Shown piece by piece: positions 1 to 12,115 of a stretch of 64,000 nucleotides of DNA; position 1 is the stretch's first letter, and every line of letters begins with the position of its first letter. Source of the stretch: Eledone cirrhosa (taxonomy: Eukaryota); contig OZ024743.1 in assembly GCA_964016885.1 (NCBI GenBank), positions 283,340,001-283,404,000 of the forward strand. The letters are read 5' to 3'. The notes beneath the pieces are model-generated. The model was not told where the DNA came from. It saw only the letters and a list, made by a program, of their open reading frames with translations, and searched no databases. The position numbers and the translations under genes are program-made.

Positions 1-1383
1 GACCGGCTGCCCATGGGAACTCCTATACGCAGATGATCTAACGCTCATAGCTGAATCAATGGCTGAGCTAGAGAAGAAATTCCAAACATGGAAGCACGGC
101 CTAGAATCAAAAGGCCTTAAAATTAACCTGGCTAAGACTAAAGTTCTAGTTTGTAGGAAAGAAAATAAGGCACCGGTCCCTTCCGGGAAATGGCCATGCT
201 CAGTGTGTAGGAAAGGCGTAGGTAGAAACTCCATTTTATGTCCCAAATGCAAAGTATGGGTGCATAAAAGATGTAGTGGGATCACAGGTAACCTAACTAA
301 GAACATAGATTTTATATGTGGCCGGTGCTCTGGTGCAATAAGTAGCAGCAAGTGCCCACAAAATACTAGCTCTTTCAATTGCGCAGAGGGTTCTATAGAA
401 ATAGTGGACAGCTTCCGTTACCTGGGTGACAAAATCAGCAGTGGGGGAGGGTGCTCTGAAAGTACAGTAGCTAGAGTCAGAACTGGATGGAAAAAGTTCA
501 GAGAGCTTATACCACTATTAGCCGCTAAAGGGTTCTCCCTAAAAATGAAAGGCAGGTTGTATGATGCCTGCATGCGAACAGCAATGTTGCATGGCAGTGA
601 GACCTGGGCATTGTGTGCAGAGGATATACACAGACTAGAGAGGAACGAAGCTTGCATGCTCCGCTGGATGTGTAATAGTAATATACGTGAACGGCAAAGC
701 ATAAACGAACTAAGGGAAAAATTAGAAATAAGAGGGATCAGATGTTGTTTACTCAAGAGAAGGCTACGTTGGTATGGTCACGTGATGCGCATGAAAGACG
801 ACAGCTGTATAAAAAAGTGCAGGGCAATAAAGATAGACGGTAGCCACGGAGTAGGCAGACCCAGAAAAACCTGGGACGACCTGATAAATTCCGACCTCAC
901 ACACTTACACCTCTCCAAGACAATGTCACTGGACTGAGATCTTTGGCGGTACTCAGTAATAGAGAAGACCCGCCTTACCTAAATACAAAGTAAAACCTAC
1001 TACAGTCAGTAGGCATCTCTAACAAAATACAGCCCCGTCCCACCACCCCCAACCCATCCACACCGCCCCTTTCAATGTAAAGTTATGTTGGTGCCACAAC
1101 ATCCAGGCCGAAACAAATGAGATCGTGTAGGTGTCACGACAAAAAAAACACACAGTCCACGCTGTAATGTGGCCGTGTAGGCAACACGGTAAAAACCTCC
1201 CAGTCCCACACTGTAAATGTGGTTGGTGTTAGGAAGGGCATCCAGCTGTAGAAAACCCGCCAGACAGTCCTATGCGAGCAAGACAACCAATCTTGCCTCA
1301 AGTTGGAAAACTCCCGTCCAAACCCATGCAAGCGTGGAACATGGACGTTAAACGATGATGATGATGATGATGATGATGATGAT
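1..1383 (+). mobile_element. RTE-clade LINE (family A), 3' part: RT C-terminal half, 3' UTR and (GAT)n tail; runs off the window start
   Basis: Translation gives ELLYADDL (RT catalytic motif, ~16-40), KINLAKTK, FRYLG, MLHGSETW, RLRWYGHVMR and GRPRKTW. A premature TGA at 935-937 replaces the CGA of the 20.6 kb copy. Ends gttaaac(gat)n. Confidence 0.93.
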
Positions 1384-1818
1384 ATATATATATATATATA
1401 TTTGCTTTGCAATGAGCAACAGGCTTAGCCAGCTTAACCCAGATGCAATGCATCTAAAAAATGAAAAATGGGCTTCATTGCTTTCTATGAGTAAGTTATA
1501 AAATACTTAAGTGACAGGTATGGCTTCTCTGAAAAAGAGCTTTCATGTAATAAATCCTTGAAACCTAACAAAAGCCACACCTTTTGGAGACTTCAAAATA
1601 TTTATACGAGTCAAATATATGAACAGTATGTGATTGTTGAGGCTTACTTTCAGATAATTTATAGCAGTGAAGAACTTATCTCAAGCTATTCAGTAAATCA
1701 GAAGTCTCTTTTACAAACATGATGTTCAGATAATTTTCAAAATAATCAAGAATTTGGAGAGGTTTTGTAATATAACCAACTTACCCATTATTAAAGTGAT
1801 GTTTAGAGCATAATTTAA

Positions 1819-2026
1819 CCCTTTACCATTTACATTACTCTATATTTATTATAGTATTTTCACAGTAAAGGCTTTATCTCCCATAATATCAACTCTATGA
1901 GATTTTCATGTTATTTATTTTGAGAATAATACCTTATCATTGGTATGAGTGGCCAGTTAAGCCCGGTTTAAACAGAAAGAGGTGAGAGAATTATGGTGTG
2001 ATATGGCCGGTTCGAATGCTAAAGGG
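1819..2026. mobile_element. TTAA-type (piggyBac-like) MITE family A, nested in a family-B MITE
   Basis: TTAA|CCCTTTACCATT...AATGCTAAAGGG|TTAA; homologous to five other copies in the window. Confidence 0.85.
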
Positions 2027-2964
2027 TTAACAAAGGTCCTTGCATAAAATTATGATGGAAGCTTTTCAGATAAATAAATACAATTGGAAACAAGCAGTTT
2101 TGTATTCTAGGAAAAGGGCTGGTTTTAGGCAATTTGGTATCAAAAGAGTTAAAGTACTGCTTCCATTTTATACATTTGCAATGGGACTGCTACTAACAAC
2201 ATATAAATATCTGGTATTTAGAGCATAACGTAACAAAGTTTCTAACATAGAATTATTATGAAGCTTTTTATATAAATATATGAACTTTAAAAGAAACAGT
2301 TTTATATTGTTAAACCAGGGACAGTTTCAGTTTGGTTGGCATCAAAAGGGTTAAATCCCCAGCAGAGTCATCTTTGTTTTATTCCCCCAGGTCAATGGAA
2401 TTGGTACCAATAATAAATACACTGTGTGTTGATTGATTCAATCAACTTCACCTTTCTCATACAAAAGCCAAAATAAAAAAAAATAAAAATTGGCCTTGTG
2501 CCTAATCAAAAGAAATCAATATTAGTGAAATAAAGAACATTTGTTTGAATGTCTGACAAATGAATGGACAATATATGCAGCCTCCTCTCTCCACTCCATT
2601 TTGTTGAAACGTCTGATGTTGGCTGTCTCTGTCATTATAGCCTAGCCATAGTTATGATTACTGCTGCTGTCACTATGGTTGTTACACAATATCTGTCTGA
2701 ACAGACAGAGACATTAAGCGCTTGGTTGGTTGGTTTGGCTGGTATAGTTGAGAGGGAAGCAAGTGTTTATAGTTGTTTTTATATAATATAAGTAATATCA
2801 CTAGAGTGGGTAGGTTAGTTTTAGTTTCTATCGGCAAGAATCAATTGGAAAATTATAAAAATAAACAATAAAAGGTTTATATGTTAATTTTTCATGTGTC
2901 TGCACTGGTTACCCCATTTTTTACTTCTTTTTATATATGTTCTTTGTGTCTGTACATTTATTGT

Positions 2965-3690
2965 TTTATTCTTTTACTGGTTTCAGTTATTAGACTGTGG
3001 TCATGCTGGGGCACCACCTTAAAAGAACTTAATTGATCATATCAACTCCAGTATTGGTTTTATCACTTTCCCCTTGTCGAACTGCTAAGTTACAAAAAAT
3101 GTGTTCTATGTTTACTCCTAGAAGAGCTAATATTCTCTTATTCTTTTACTAGACTGTGGCCAAGCTGAGGCTCTATCCTGAAAGCATTTAGTCAATCACC
3201 CCCCAGAACCTTTTTTTTTTTCAACTTATTTTATCAATTTCTCCTTGTCAAACTGCTAATACATAAAATATGTTCTACTTTTTATACCAGATGTGCTCTT
3301 ATTCTTTTATTCATTTACTTGCTTCAGTCACCGAACTGCAGCCTTGAAGGGATTCAGTCAATTATATTGAACCCAATAATTATTTATTTTTTTCGTGTCA
3401 GGTACTTATTTTTTCAATCTCTCTTTTTGTTGAACCACTAAGTTATAGTACATAAACAAACAGGGGAATAGACATGTACACAGACACACATAAACTATCA
3501 CTATCACCACCATTCTATGCCTATATATGCAACAGGCTTCTATACAGATTCTGTCAACAAAATTTCACTCACAAGGTATTGGTCAACACAAAGCTATAGT
3601 AAAAGGCACTTGCCTAAGGTGTCAAACAGTGGGACTGAACCCAAAACTACGTGGCTGCAAAATTATCACCTTAACCACACCGCCATGCTG
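2965..3690 (-). mobile_element. Cluster of old, degenerate SINE copies
   Basis: Three repeats of ttattctttta...gactgtggccatgctgggg...; a tRNA-like head (reverse) near 3630-3690; related sequence at 15290-15582 on +. Confidence 0.55.
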
Positions 3691-4887
3691 CACCCCGTAA
3701 ATACATAATTTTAATTATCTACATTATTTTTCATTTGATTTGTAATATATAAAGGTCTCATTTTCAATATGCCAATATTTTAGTTGCTGTTATTTAGTGC
3801 CAAATCAACCTTGATTTGGTCAACCTATGCTCAAAAACATTCCAACCATGGCCATCTCCTCTTTTTCCTATTTGCAGGGAACCAGAAACCCAGATCTACA
3901 TTATCACAATATGTACTTTCCGAGTATGGTGGTGGTAGTGGTGTGTGATTTGAGGGAAATTTAGGTGTTATTTCTAGCAGGTTATGTAATTTGATAGAAG
4001 TAGGCTCCAAGGTGATAATGGTATCGCTGGTGGTAAGTTTGTGCTAGTTAGTAATATACTGGTGATTTTATGCTAATGTTAGTAGAATTGATGTGAGTAT
4101 TAGTGCTATCATGAATTTGTAATGTGAGTAATAGTAAAGATGGTGATACTATTACCTTGACATTGTTAATGACAGTAGTTCTGCTCTTTATGACTGAAGG
4201 CGGAGGCAACTATAGAAAGGCAATATTGCAGACCTGACCAACCCAGATTTTAGTACAGAAAAAGAAAATTGATATTATGAATAATGTTTATTGATTATCT
4301 CTCATAACTTGATGTAATGACTATATGAAGGTGAATTTGTGAACTTTAATGTCTGAGGGTGACACAAAGCAGACCATATGTTTCATTGTCAGTGTTCCAT
4401 AGAATAACCCCATATTTCCTATAGTTACAAGCCAGGCTACATTGCAATCTGGTTACACCCTGATTTACTCAACTGGTTTGATTTACCCCTTCTCTCACCA
4501 AATATGAACGTTTCACCCTATACTGGAATCCACTCCCACTATATCTAATACCTCTATCAGCTATTGACACGTTGACCTGTTCCTCTCAGTATACTATATA
4601 CCTACTAATTCCTATGCCTATCTCATCTGTATTTCCTCTGACCCTATACATATATTAAATACCTTCTCCTCCTAGTTCATCCATCTCTGTTGACTGTGCA
4701 GCAAGACATCAGTTCTAAAGTCAAGGAGATGCAACACTTCTTTGATCATGGTTACATACATTTTATTGTACATTCCACACTACACTAAGCTTAAGTTGTC
4801 AATCACACTGCCACATTCCTACTAAACATGTGAACACTAACAGGCCAGATTCTTCTTTCTTTCACCTTCTACTTGGTCACCCTTCCA

Positions 4888-5128
4888 TTAAGTCTTTTGT
4901 TACCATATTTCTAATGAAAAACAGTGAAAATAATCAAGAAACTGGAGGGATTTACTAATATAACTAACTTTTCTCTTATTAGGCTGGTGTGTGAAGCAAA
5001 ACTTAACAAAGGTTCTTACATAACATTATAATGAAAGAGTTTTAGATAAATATATATACTTTAAAATAAACAGTTTTGTATCATAGAACTAGGAGTAGTT
5101 TCAAGCAGTTTGATATCAAAAGGATTAA
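4888..5128. mobile_element. TTAA-type MITE family B, uninterrupted copy (related pieces at ~1740-2152, 2210-2354, 6280-6520 and 39259-39500)
   Basis: ttaa-gtcttttgttacc...gatatcaaaagga-ttaa ends; internal homology to the other copies. Confidence 0.6.
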
Positions 5129-5536
5129 ATCAAACACTCCTCTGTAATCTTTGCTTTCTACTCTGCAACACTTTAGCCTCTCCAATATTTCCCACTCTAC
5201 CACCTCTACTCTCTTTCAAAAGAGACAGAAATCTTTGTGACCTCTTAGAAAGAGGTTTGTTAGCCATCAGTCACTCCCAACCTGGTTCCTTCAAATGATC
5301 TTGCCTTAGCTGTCACTCTTATTAATACATCTCAAATAACATAACAAGAACCATCACAAAATCCATAGTCAGTCAAAACTTTAGCTGCCTTTCTGTCAGC
5401 TTCATCTGCCATCTACTGTATTACATGCAAACTTTGCAATACATTATACATAGGTGAAATAGAATGCTCTTTTGGTGACTATTTTCACAAATATCTTCAA
5501 ATTATTCTCTGTTTCACTTAGAGGAGGCTTGTGCCC

Positions 5537-5943
5537 AGGACTGTGCTACCATTAAGGTCAATTAGACAGCAGCCTATGACACAAACCTCAGAGAAGCGCA
5601 AGGATCATAATTTTATACAAATTTGTTTGTATAATTAAATTAAATATATATTCATTTTCTGTGATCAATGAATATATTGCTAAACATCTTTGTCAAAGAG
5701 CTGCATTGTTGAAATATCCAAGCTTGATTTGGTAGATGTGAGTGTGAAATATTTAGTGGAAAGCGCAGGCATAGAAATTTTCTTAATGTGATTAGAGCAA
5801 GAAATGTCAAAAGCTAGATTTGTCAGTTCGCCAAATTGTAAGTTGAAATTATTTTATTTGGAAGAATGGATTGCATAACTTGACGAAGGGGATGTACATT
5901 GTAGAGCTATCCTAGGGTGCTAAATACCCTGGTGCTGGTTCTG
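5537..5943. mobile_element. Degenerate non-autonomous hAT-like element
   Basis: Ends caggactgtgc...cctagggtgctaaataccctggtgctggttctg resemble CAGGGCCGGC-type hAT TIRs; lies between duplicated PLE segments. Confidence 0.4.
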
Positions 5944-6612
5944 CAAACACCATATCTGTAACCAGCCCCAAATCCATAGTCAATCAAAACTTTAACTGCT
6001 TTTCAACCAACCTCATCAGCCATCTACTCTATTAAATGCAAACTGTATAATACATTACATATAAGGGAAATGAAATGCTGTTTTGATGACTGTTTTTGTC
6101 GACATCTTCAGATCATTCTACACTGTATGCAGAGCAGGCCTGTAGCCCAACATTTCAACTCATCTAGTTGTTCTGTTTCCAAACACAGTATTTTGAGTTT
6201 GTGAACAGTCCTCCACATTCTTTTAAACATAAAGAGAAGCAACTTAACTTCATGCTTGGCACTGTCCCACTCATAGATCTTAACTCTTTTAATATCAACT
6301 TCTGATTCTGATTCTGTGAAACAAAACCACCCATTTTAAAAGGATTCTATTTGAATTAAAACATTCCAACATAATTTTATACATGAACCTTTTGTTCAGT
6401 TATGTTAGGAACACCATCTTAATAATGAACTAGTTTATAATTTTAGTAAATCCTTTCAAATTGGTCATTAATCAATCAAAATACAGTGTATGTCATAAGA
6501 AATATGGTAATGAAAGGATTTCAGCATATTAAGGTCACTATTCATCGATCTCTATCTAAATCCCTATATAGTTTTCCTCGTGTTACACACAATTATATTC
6601 AATACACCCTAT

Positions 6613-6618
6613 TCTCTC

Positions 6619-6676
<58 letters not shown>

Positions 6677-6706
6677 TCTCTCTCTCTCACTCTCTCTCTC
6701 TCTCTC
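6613..6706. repeat. (CT)n microsatellite
   Basis: Direct reading. Confidence 0.95.
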
Positions 6707-7081
6707 TTCTAGAGACACATACAGACACACACACACATACATAAGAAAATTGTGTAGGTTTAGGAAGCTGTTACAATGTAAATAGGGTTGTAATATTGAT
6801 GTAACAAGACCAGGTGAGGAAGAAGGAGAGAGGTAAGAGTGAGTGGTAGAAGGGAAGAAGAAATGAGAAACGAGAGAATCTGGATGCAACTATAGATATA
6901 TTTATTAATCCTGATATATTTCAGAAATCTTTTCAATTCTCAAAGGAGCTGTTGGGAAGTTTAGAGAGTATTGGAGGGAACCATTATGCTTTCATATTGG
7001 TTGCATTTGAGTTGTAACAGCTAACAGCTTGGAGACGTAGAAGAAACCTGTTTTGTATATGTATATATATATATATATATG

Positions 7082-7354
7082 TGCCGCGCCATCCAGGCCG
7101 AAACAAATGAGATCGTGTAGGTGTCACGACAAAAAAACACACAGTCCACGCTGTAATGTGGCCGTGTAGGCAACACGGTAAAAACCTCCCAGACCCACAC
7201 TGTAAATGTGGTTGGTGTTAGGAAGGGCATCCAACTGTAGAAAACCTGCCAGACAGTCCTATGCGAGCTTGCCTCAAGTGGGACTACCCCCGTCCAAACC
7301 CATGCAAGCGTGGAACACGGACGTTAAACGTTGATGATGATGATGATGATGATG
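7082..7354 (+). mobile_element. RTE family A, 3' UTR-only insertion with (GAT)n tail
   Basis: Near-identical to 21716-22004 and 1092-1383. Confidence 0.9.
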
Positions 7355-7435
7355 TATATATAGGTAAGTTATTCCGGGTTGAATCGGAGGTAACCACAGT
7401 AAGTAAGGTACTCAATACATAGCAGAGTATAAAAG

Positions 7436-7564
7436 TTTTAATATAGATGAGATTCTACAGGACTAGAACTGTTTCATTCATTAGAAATCCTTAGGAATCT
7501 GATTCCTGATGATTTCTAAAGAATGAAACAGTTCTAGTCCTGTAGAATCTCATCTATATTAAAA
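7436..7564. repeat. 129-bp near-perfect palindrome (PLE-type inverted terminal fragment)
   Basis: ttttaatatagatgagattctacaggactag...ggaatc T gattcc...ctagtcctgtagaatctcatctatattaaaa; axis at 7500. Confidence 0.95.
7501..7549 (+). ncRNA. Type-I hammerhead ribozyme motif, complete
   Basis: GATTC-CTGATGA-T TTC TAAA GAA T-GAA-ACAG TTCTAGTC CTGT-A-GAATC. Stem I GATTC/GAATC, stem III ACAG/CTGT, predicted GUA cleavage after 7544. Confidence 0.8.
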
Positions 7565-8159
7565 TATATATATATATATATATATAGGGAGACAGAGTAT
7601 GTGTGTATATATATATAGAGAGAGAGAGAGACAGGGGAACAAATAGGAGTGTAGTAAAAACTAATATACACTCACAGACACACAGAAACACACACATGCA
7701 TACACACACATACACACACATATATACACACACACACAGAGTAGGTATTTAAAAAGTAGCAGTATAGTTACCATTGTCTAATCCAATTAATAAAAAGAAA
7801 AACTAGTCTTGCGTTTCTTTAATTAACGTGTCATATTCTTTGTTTGTTTTTTGTGGGGTTTTTTTGTGGAGGGGTTGTTTCTTTCTTATTTATTTGATTT
7901 TATTTCTATTTTAATAAATATTTTTTTAGATATTTCTTTCATTTTATTTTATTTTGTTTATTTGTTACATTTTTATTTATATATTTCTTATTGTGTTCCC
8001 AAAACATTTAATGACATTCATAAGTTCAAAACAAGACAAATTTGGTTTTCTATGAGTACAGAAAAAAAAGAAAAAAAAAAGAAAGAAAGTTAATTTGATG
8101 TTAGATTGTCATCATTGGTATAAAATAGATTCAATTCTACATCTAAAATAATTTTCATT

Positions 8160-8291
8160 CTGTATGTGTGTGTATGTGTGTGTGTGCGCATGTGTGTGCG
8201 TGTGTGTATGTGTGAGTGTGTATGTGTACTTATATACATATATTTAAAAATATATAAATATATATGTCATCATCATCATATATATATATAC

Positions 8292-8338
<47 letters not shown>

Positions 8339-8357
8339 CATATATATATACATATAC

Positions 8358-8388
<31 letters not shown>

Positions 8389-8431
8389 CATATATATATA
8401 CATATATATATATACATATATATATATATGC

Positions 8432-8462
<31 letters not shown>

Positions 8463-8650
8463 CATATATATATACATATATATATATACATATATATATA
8501 TGCATATATATATACATATATAAAAAATAAACCAAAAAAGCCTTCAATACATCTGTTTAATTACATTGAGCTATATCTTATACTGTCATTTCTATAATAT
8601 GAAGAGGGTGTTTAACTCCAACACACTCTAGTATTTTAATTCTTATATAC

Positions 8651-8723
<73 letters not shown>

Positions 8724-8740
8724 CATATATATATACATAT
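8160..8740. repeat. Compound (TG)n/(TA)n/(TACA) microsatellite
   Basis: Direct reading; explains the spurious YI-repeat ORFs. Confidence 0.95.
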
Positions 8741-8741
8741 A

Positions 8742-9783
8742 GATATGCCCCACATGCAAACAATGGGTACACAAGAGATGTAGCAGGATCTCAGGAAGCT
8801 TAATTAAGAATGTAGGCTTTACATGTAGCAGCTGTGCTGGGACAGCAAGCAGCAAACAGCCACAGGAAACAAGTACCACCAATCTCTGGCAGGGCCCTGT
8901 AGAAACAGTAGACAGCTTCTGCTACCTAGGTGACCGAATTAGCAGCGGAGGTGGGTGTTCAGAAAGTACAATAACTAGGGTAAGAACGGGATGGAAGAAG
9001 TTTAGGGAACTACTACCACCGCAAGCTGCAAAAGGCTTCTCCCTCAAAATGAAAGGCAGACTGTATGATGCATGTATCCGAACAGCGATGTTGCATGGTA
9101 GTGAGACCTGGGCACTGAAGGTGGAAGACTTACATAGATTAGAGAGAAACGAAGCCTGCATGCTCCGATGGATGTGTAACAGTAATATACACGAACGACA
9201 AAGCATAAATGAATTGAGAGAGAGACTGAGCATAAGAGGAATCAAATGCTGTGTGCAGGAGAGACGGTTGCGCTGGTATGGACATGTGATGACAGCTGCA
9301 TAAAAAGGTGCAGAGCACTAGAAGTCGATGGAAACCGCGGAGTGGGGAGACCCAAGATGACCTGGGATGAGGTGATAAAAGCCGACCTTACCCAATTACA
9401 CCTCTCAAAGGCGATGACACACGACCGTGACCTCTGGCGTCACGCAGTAATACAGATATCCGACCTCCCATGGGTACAAGCTGAAGCATATAGACAATAT
9501 GCCCCCACACCCCCCACCGCAAGGTGGTCGTGGAGGTGCCACGGCAAAAAAGCACCCAGCCCACACTGTAAAGTGGACGTGTAGGCGCCACGAAAAAGCA
9601 CCCAGCACTCACTGTAAATGAGGTTGGTGTTAGGAAGAGCATCCAGCTGTAGAAATCAAGCCAAATCAGTTCCTGTATGAGCAAGGCATGGTCAGCCGAC
9701 CAGACACTGCCCACAACAGGACAACCCGTCTAACCCATGCTAGCGTGGAAGAACGGACGTAAAATGGTGATGATGATGATGAC
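8742..9783 (+). mobile_element. RTE LINE family B, 5'-truncated, with a small internal deletion near 9290
   Basis: CPTCKQWVHKRCS, FCYLGD, MLHGSETW, RLRWYGHVM and GRPKMTW; distinct 3' UTR; (GAT)n tail. Confidence 0.9.
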
Positions 9784-9959
9784 ATATATATATATTTCGT
9801 TTCTGAATTTGTTTAGCAAGATTCTTTATCTGAAAACGTGTGTTGAAACCGATATTGTTATACTTTGGGAGGGTCATGTTGCCAATAAGAAACACACGCA
9901 CCAGATGCTTTCACTTCAATTTATTATAATAAATTTATAAATTTAGGAATTTATAAATT

Positions 9960-10458
9960 TCCGGTTGGTTGGTTGGTTCCACAACCAGATGGTTGTTTCT
10001 ATATTGTCAAAGTTCTTTCGTCACACATTCTGTGACCTCTTCAGTGACTGGGGATTCTTTTCTTTGTTTTTTCTGCCTCTCCTTTGTTCTGTGCTACACC
10101 ATCTTGTTTTTGTGTGTGTGTTGTGTGCTTAATTTGCGCATGTGTTACATCCGGGTGTCTGTGTGTGTTTATATTCATTTATTTATTTGTTTATTTACAT
10201 GTTACTGGTTGGTTGTTTGTTCTATGTGCGTGTGTGTTTTCATTTTGTCCTTAATTGTAAGATGTGATGTTGCTGTTCCACTCATGTTTTCTATTTAATT
10301 TTGGTTGGAGTTCATTTATGTTTATTGCCTCTGTGATTTGTCTAAACATTGCGTCTTTTCTGTGTGTAGATTCTATTTTTATTTCTATGTTCTCTAATTT
10401 ACCCTTATGTTCTATTTTAGCATGTTGGTAGAGTACAGATGATTCTTTACTATCTTGT
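9960..10458 (-). mobile_element. Penelope-like element 3' end: GIY-YIG C-terminus plus 3' UTR with HHR
   Basis: Minus strand reads SVLYQHAKIEH...IKIESTHRKDAMFRQITEAININELQPKLNRKHEWN, matching the H...R.I.EA..I....P.LN pattern of PLE endonucleases; HHR lies downstream on the same strand. Confidence 0.75.
10006..10048 (-). ncRNA. Minimal type-I hammerhead motif
   Basis: Minus strand: GTCA-CTGAAGA-G GTCACA GAATG TGTGAC-GAA-AG AA CT-T-TGAC. Stem I GTCA/TGAC; 6-bp stem II; very short stem III. Confidence 0.65.
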
Positions 10459-10485
10459 ATATATATATATATATATATACATATA

Positions 10486-10616
10486 TTTATTAAAATAACA
10501 GATAAAAGTTTAAGCAAAGAATCGCTGCTTTCACCCTTAATGGGATCTTCTGAAGATCCCATTAATGGTGAAAGCAGCGATTCTTTGCTTAAACTTTAAT
10601 CTGTTATTTTAATAAA
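10486..10616. repeat. 131-bp palindrome centred on an HHR core
   Basis: Axis at T10551 inside CTGAAGA (10550-10556). Right arm reads CTGAAGA-TCCCATTAATGGT-GAA-AGCA GCGATTCTT TGCT-T; the 5' strand of stem I is absent. Confidence 0.9.
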
Positions 10617-10698
10617 CATTTGCTCTACAGTTCTTATATATTTTATATATATTTATCCTTATCGAGCCCTCTTTGGATTTTAGTCTTCAAATTTATTT

Positions 10699-10880
10699 TG
10701 GCAATATCGGTAGAGGGTCGGACGCCATGCTTTCCAGCATAGTTACGTCCCTTAACGATCTGAGTTCAAATCCCGCCGAGGTTGACTTTGCCTTTCATCC
10801 TTACGGGGTCGATAAAATAAAGTACCAGTAATGCACTGGGTAATTGCTGGCCTTGTGCCTAAAGTAGAAACAATTATTAT
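10699..10880 (+). mobile_element. tRNA-derived SINE family C (other copies 23615-23790 +, 31389-31581 +, 31585-31781 +, 39508-39610 -, 40705-40885 -, 40894-41076 +, 44146-44310 -)
   Basis: A-box-like tggcagtatcgg, B box gagttcaaatc, conserved gcctttcatccttacggggtcgataaaataaagtacc, and an ending gtagaaacaattatt. Confidence 0.85.
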
Positions 10881-11066
10881 ATATACATATATATATATAC
10901 ATATATATATATACATATATATATGCATATATATATGTACATATATATATGTACATATATATATATATGCATATCATCATCATCGTTTAATGTCCATTTT
11001 TCACGCTAGCATGTACATGCTAGTACATATATATATACATATATATATATACATATATATATATAC

Positions 11067-11113
<47 letters not shown>

Positions 11114-11774
11114 AACACACACATACATAAATACATATATTTATAAATAAACATTGGAGGATCAAATGAGTTCGCTGCTATCTTCCTGCATTCAAGATTT
11201 TGTAGATATATTGATGTTTATACACACACACACACATACATACATGCATACATATATATATATATATATACACATGCATACATACGTATGTGTGTATGTA
11301 AATGATGATGATGATGTATGTATATGAGCGTGTGTGCATGCATGTGTACATGCATGTGTGTGCGTATGTGTGTGTGTATGTGTGTGTGTATATGTGTATG
11401 TGTGTATGTATGTGTGTGTATGTGTGTGAGTGTGTGTGTGTGTGTGCGCGCGCGCGCGTGTGTGTGCACGTGTGTACATTTATTTGTTAACACAGTTGTA
11501 TATTTGAATAAAAGAAAACTTCCATCAAAGTTAATCTGAATGTTAAGTTCTTGTTGAAATTAAATAATCTTGTTATGAAACTAAAGACAGTGTTTTAAAA
11601 TATAATAATATAGAAATGAATAAATACATTTTAAAAATAAACTTTGAAATAAAATATATATAACTTTGAAACAAAAGTAAAACAAGTATGTTTGTATAGC
11701 TCTAATGCACCAAGTGACTATTTGAAAAATAGTAGCTTTTTTAGAAAAAAGGAAAATAATGTATACACATATTT

Positions 11775-11826
<52 letters not shown>

Positions 11827-11969
11827 GCACACACACATAGTGTGTGAGTGGGAAAGAAGGAATATACATATATATATACACACACACACACACATATATA
11901 TATATATTTATATATTATATTATATTTTCTTACTGTATTTTCTCATTTTCCTTTTTGTTCTACATATAT

Positions 11970-12005
<36 letters not shown>

Positions 12006-12084
12006 ATGCGTATATATATATATATGCATGCATGTGTGTATGTGTGTGTGTGTATGTATGTGTATATGTGTGTGTGTGTGTATG

Positions 12085-12115
<31 letters not shown>

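Larger units (their letters stand above)
4560..6290 (+). pseudogene. Highly degenerate Penelope-like element ORF (RT thumb/linker and GIY-YIG), interrupted by insertions
   Basis: Fragments read FPTLPPLLSFKRDRNLCDLL, YCITCKLCNTLYIGE, PVAQHFNS and LNFMLGT, typical of PLE C-termini; many stops and frameshifts. Confidence 0.65.

Noticed and set aside
10699-10790. tRNA genes at SINE heads
   Set aside because: A and B boxes are present, but there is no full cloverleaf and each continues into a SINE body.
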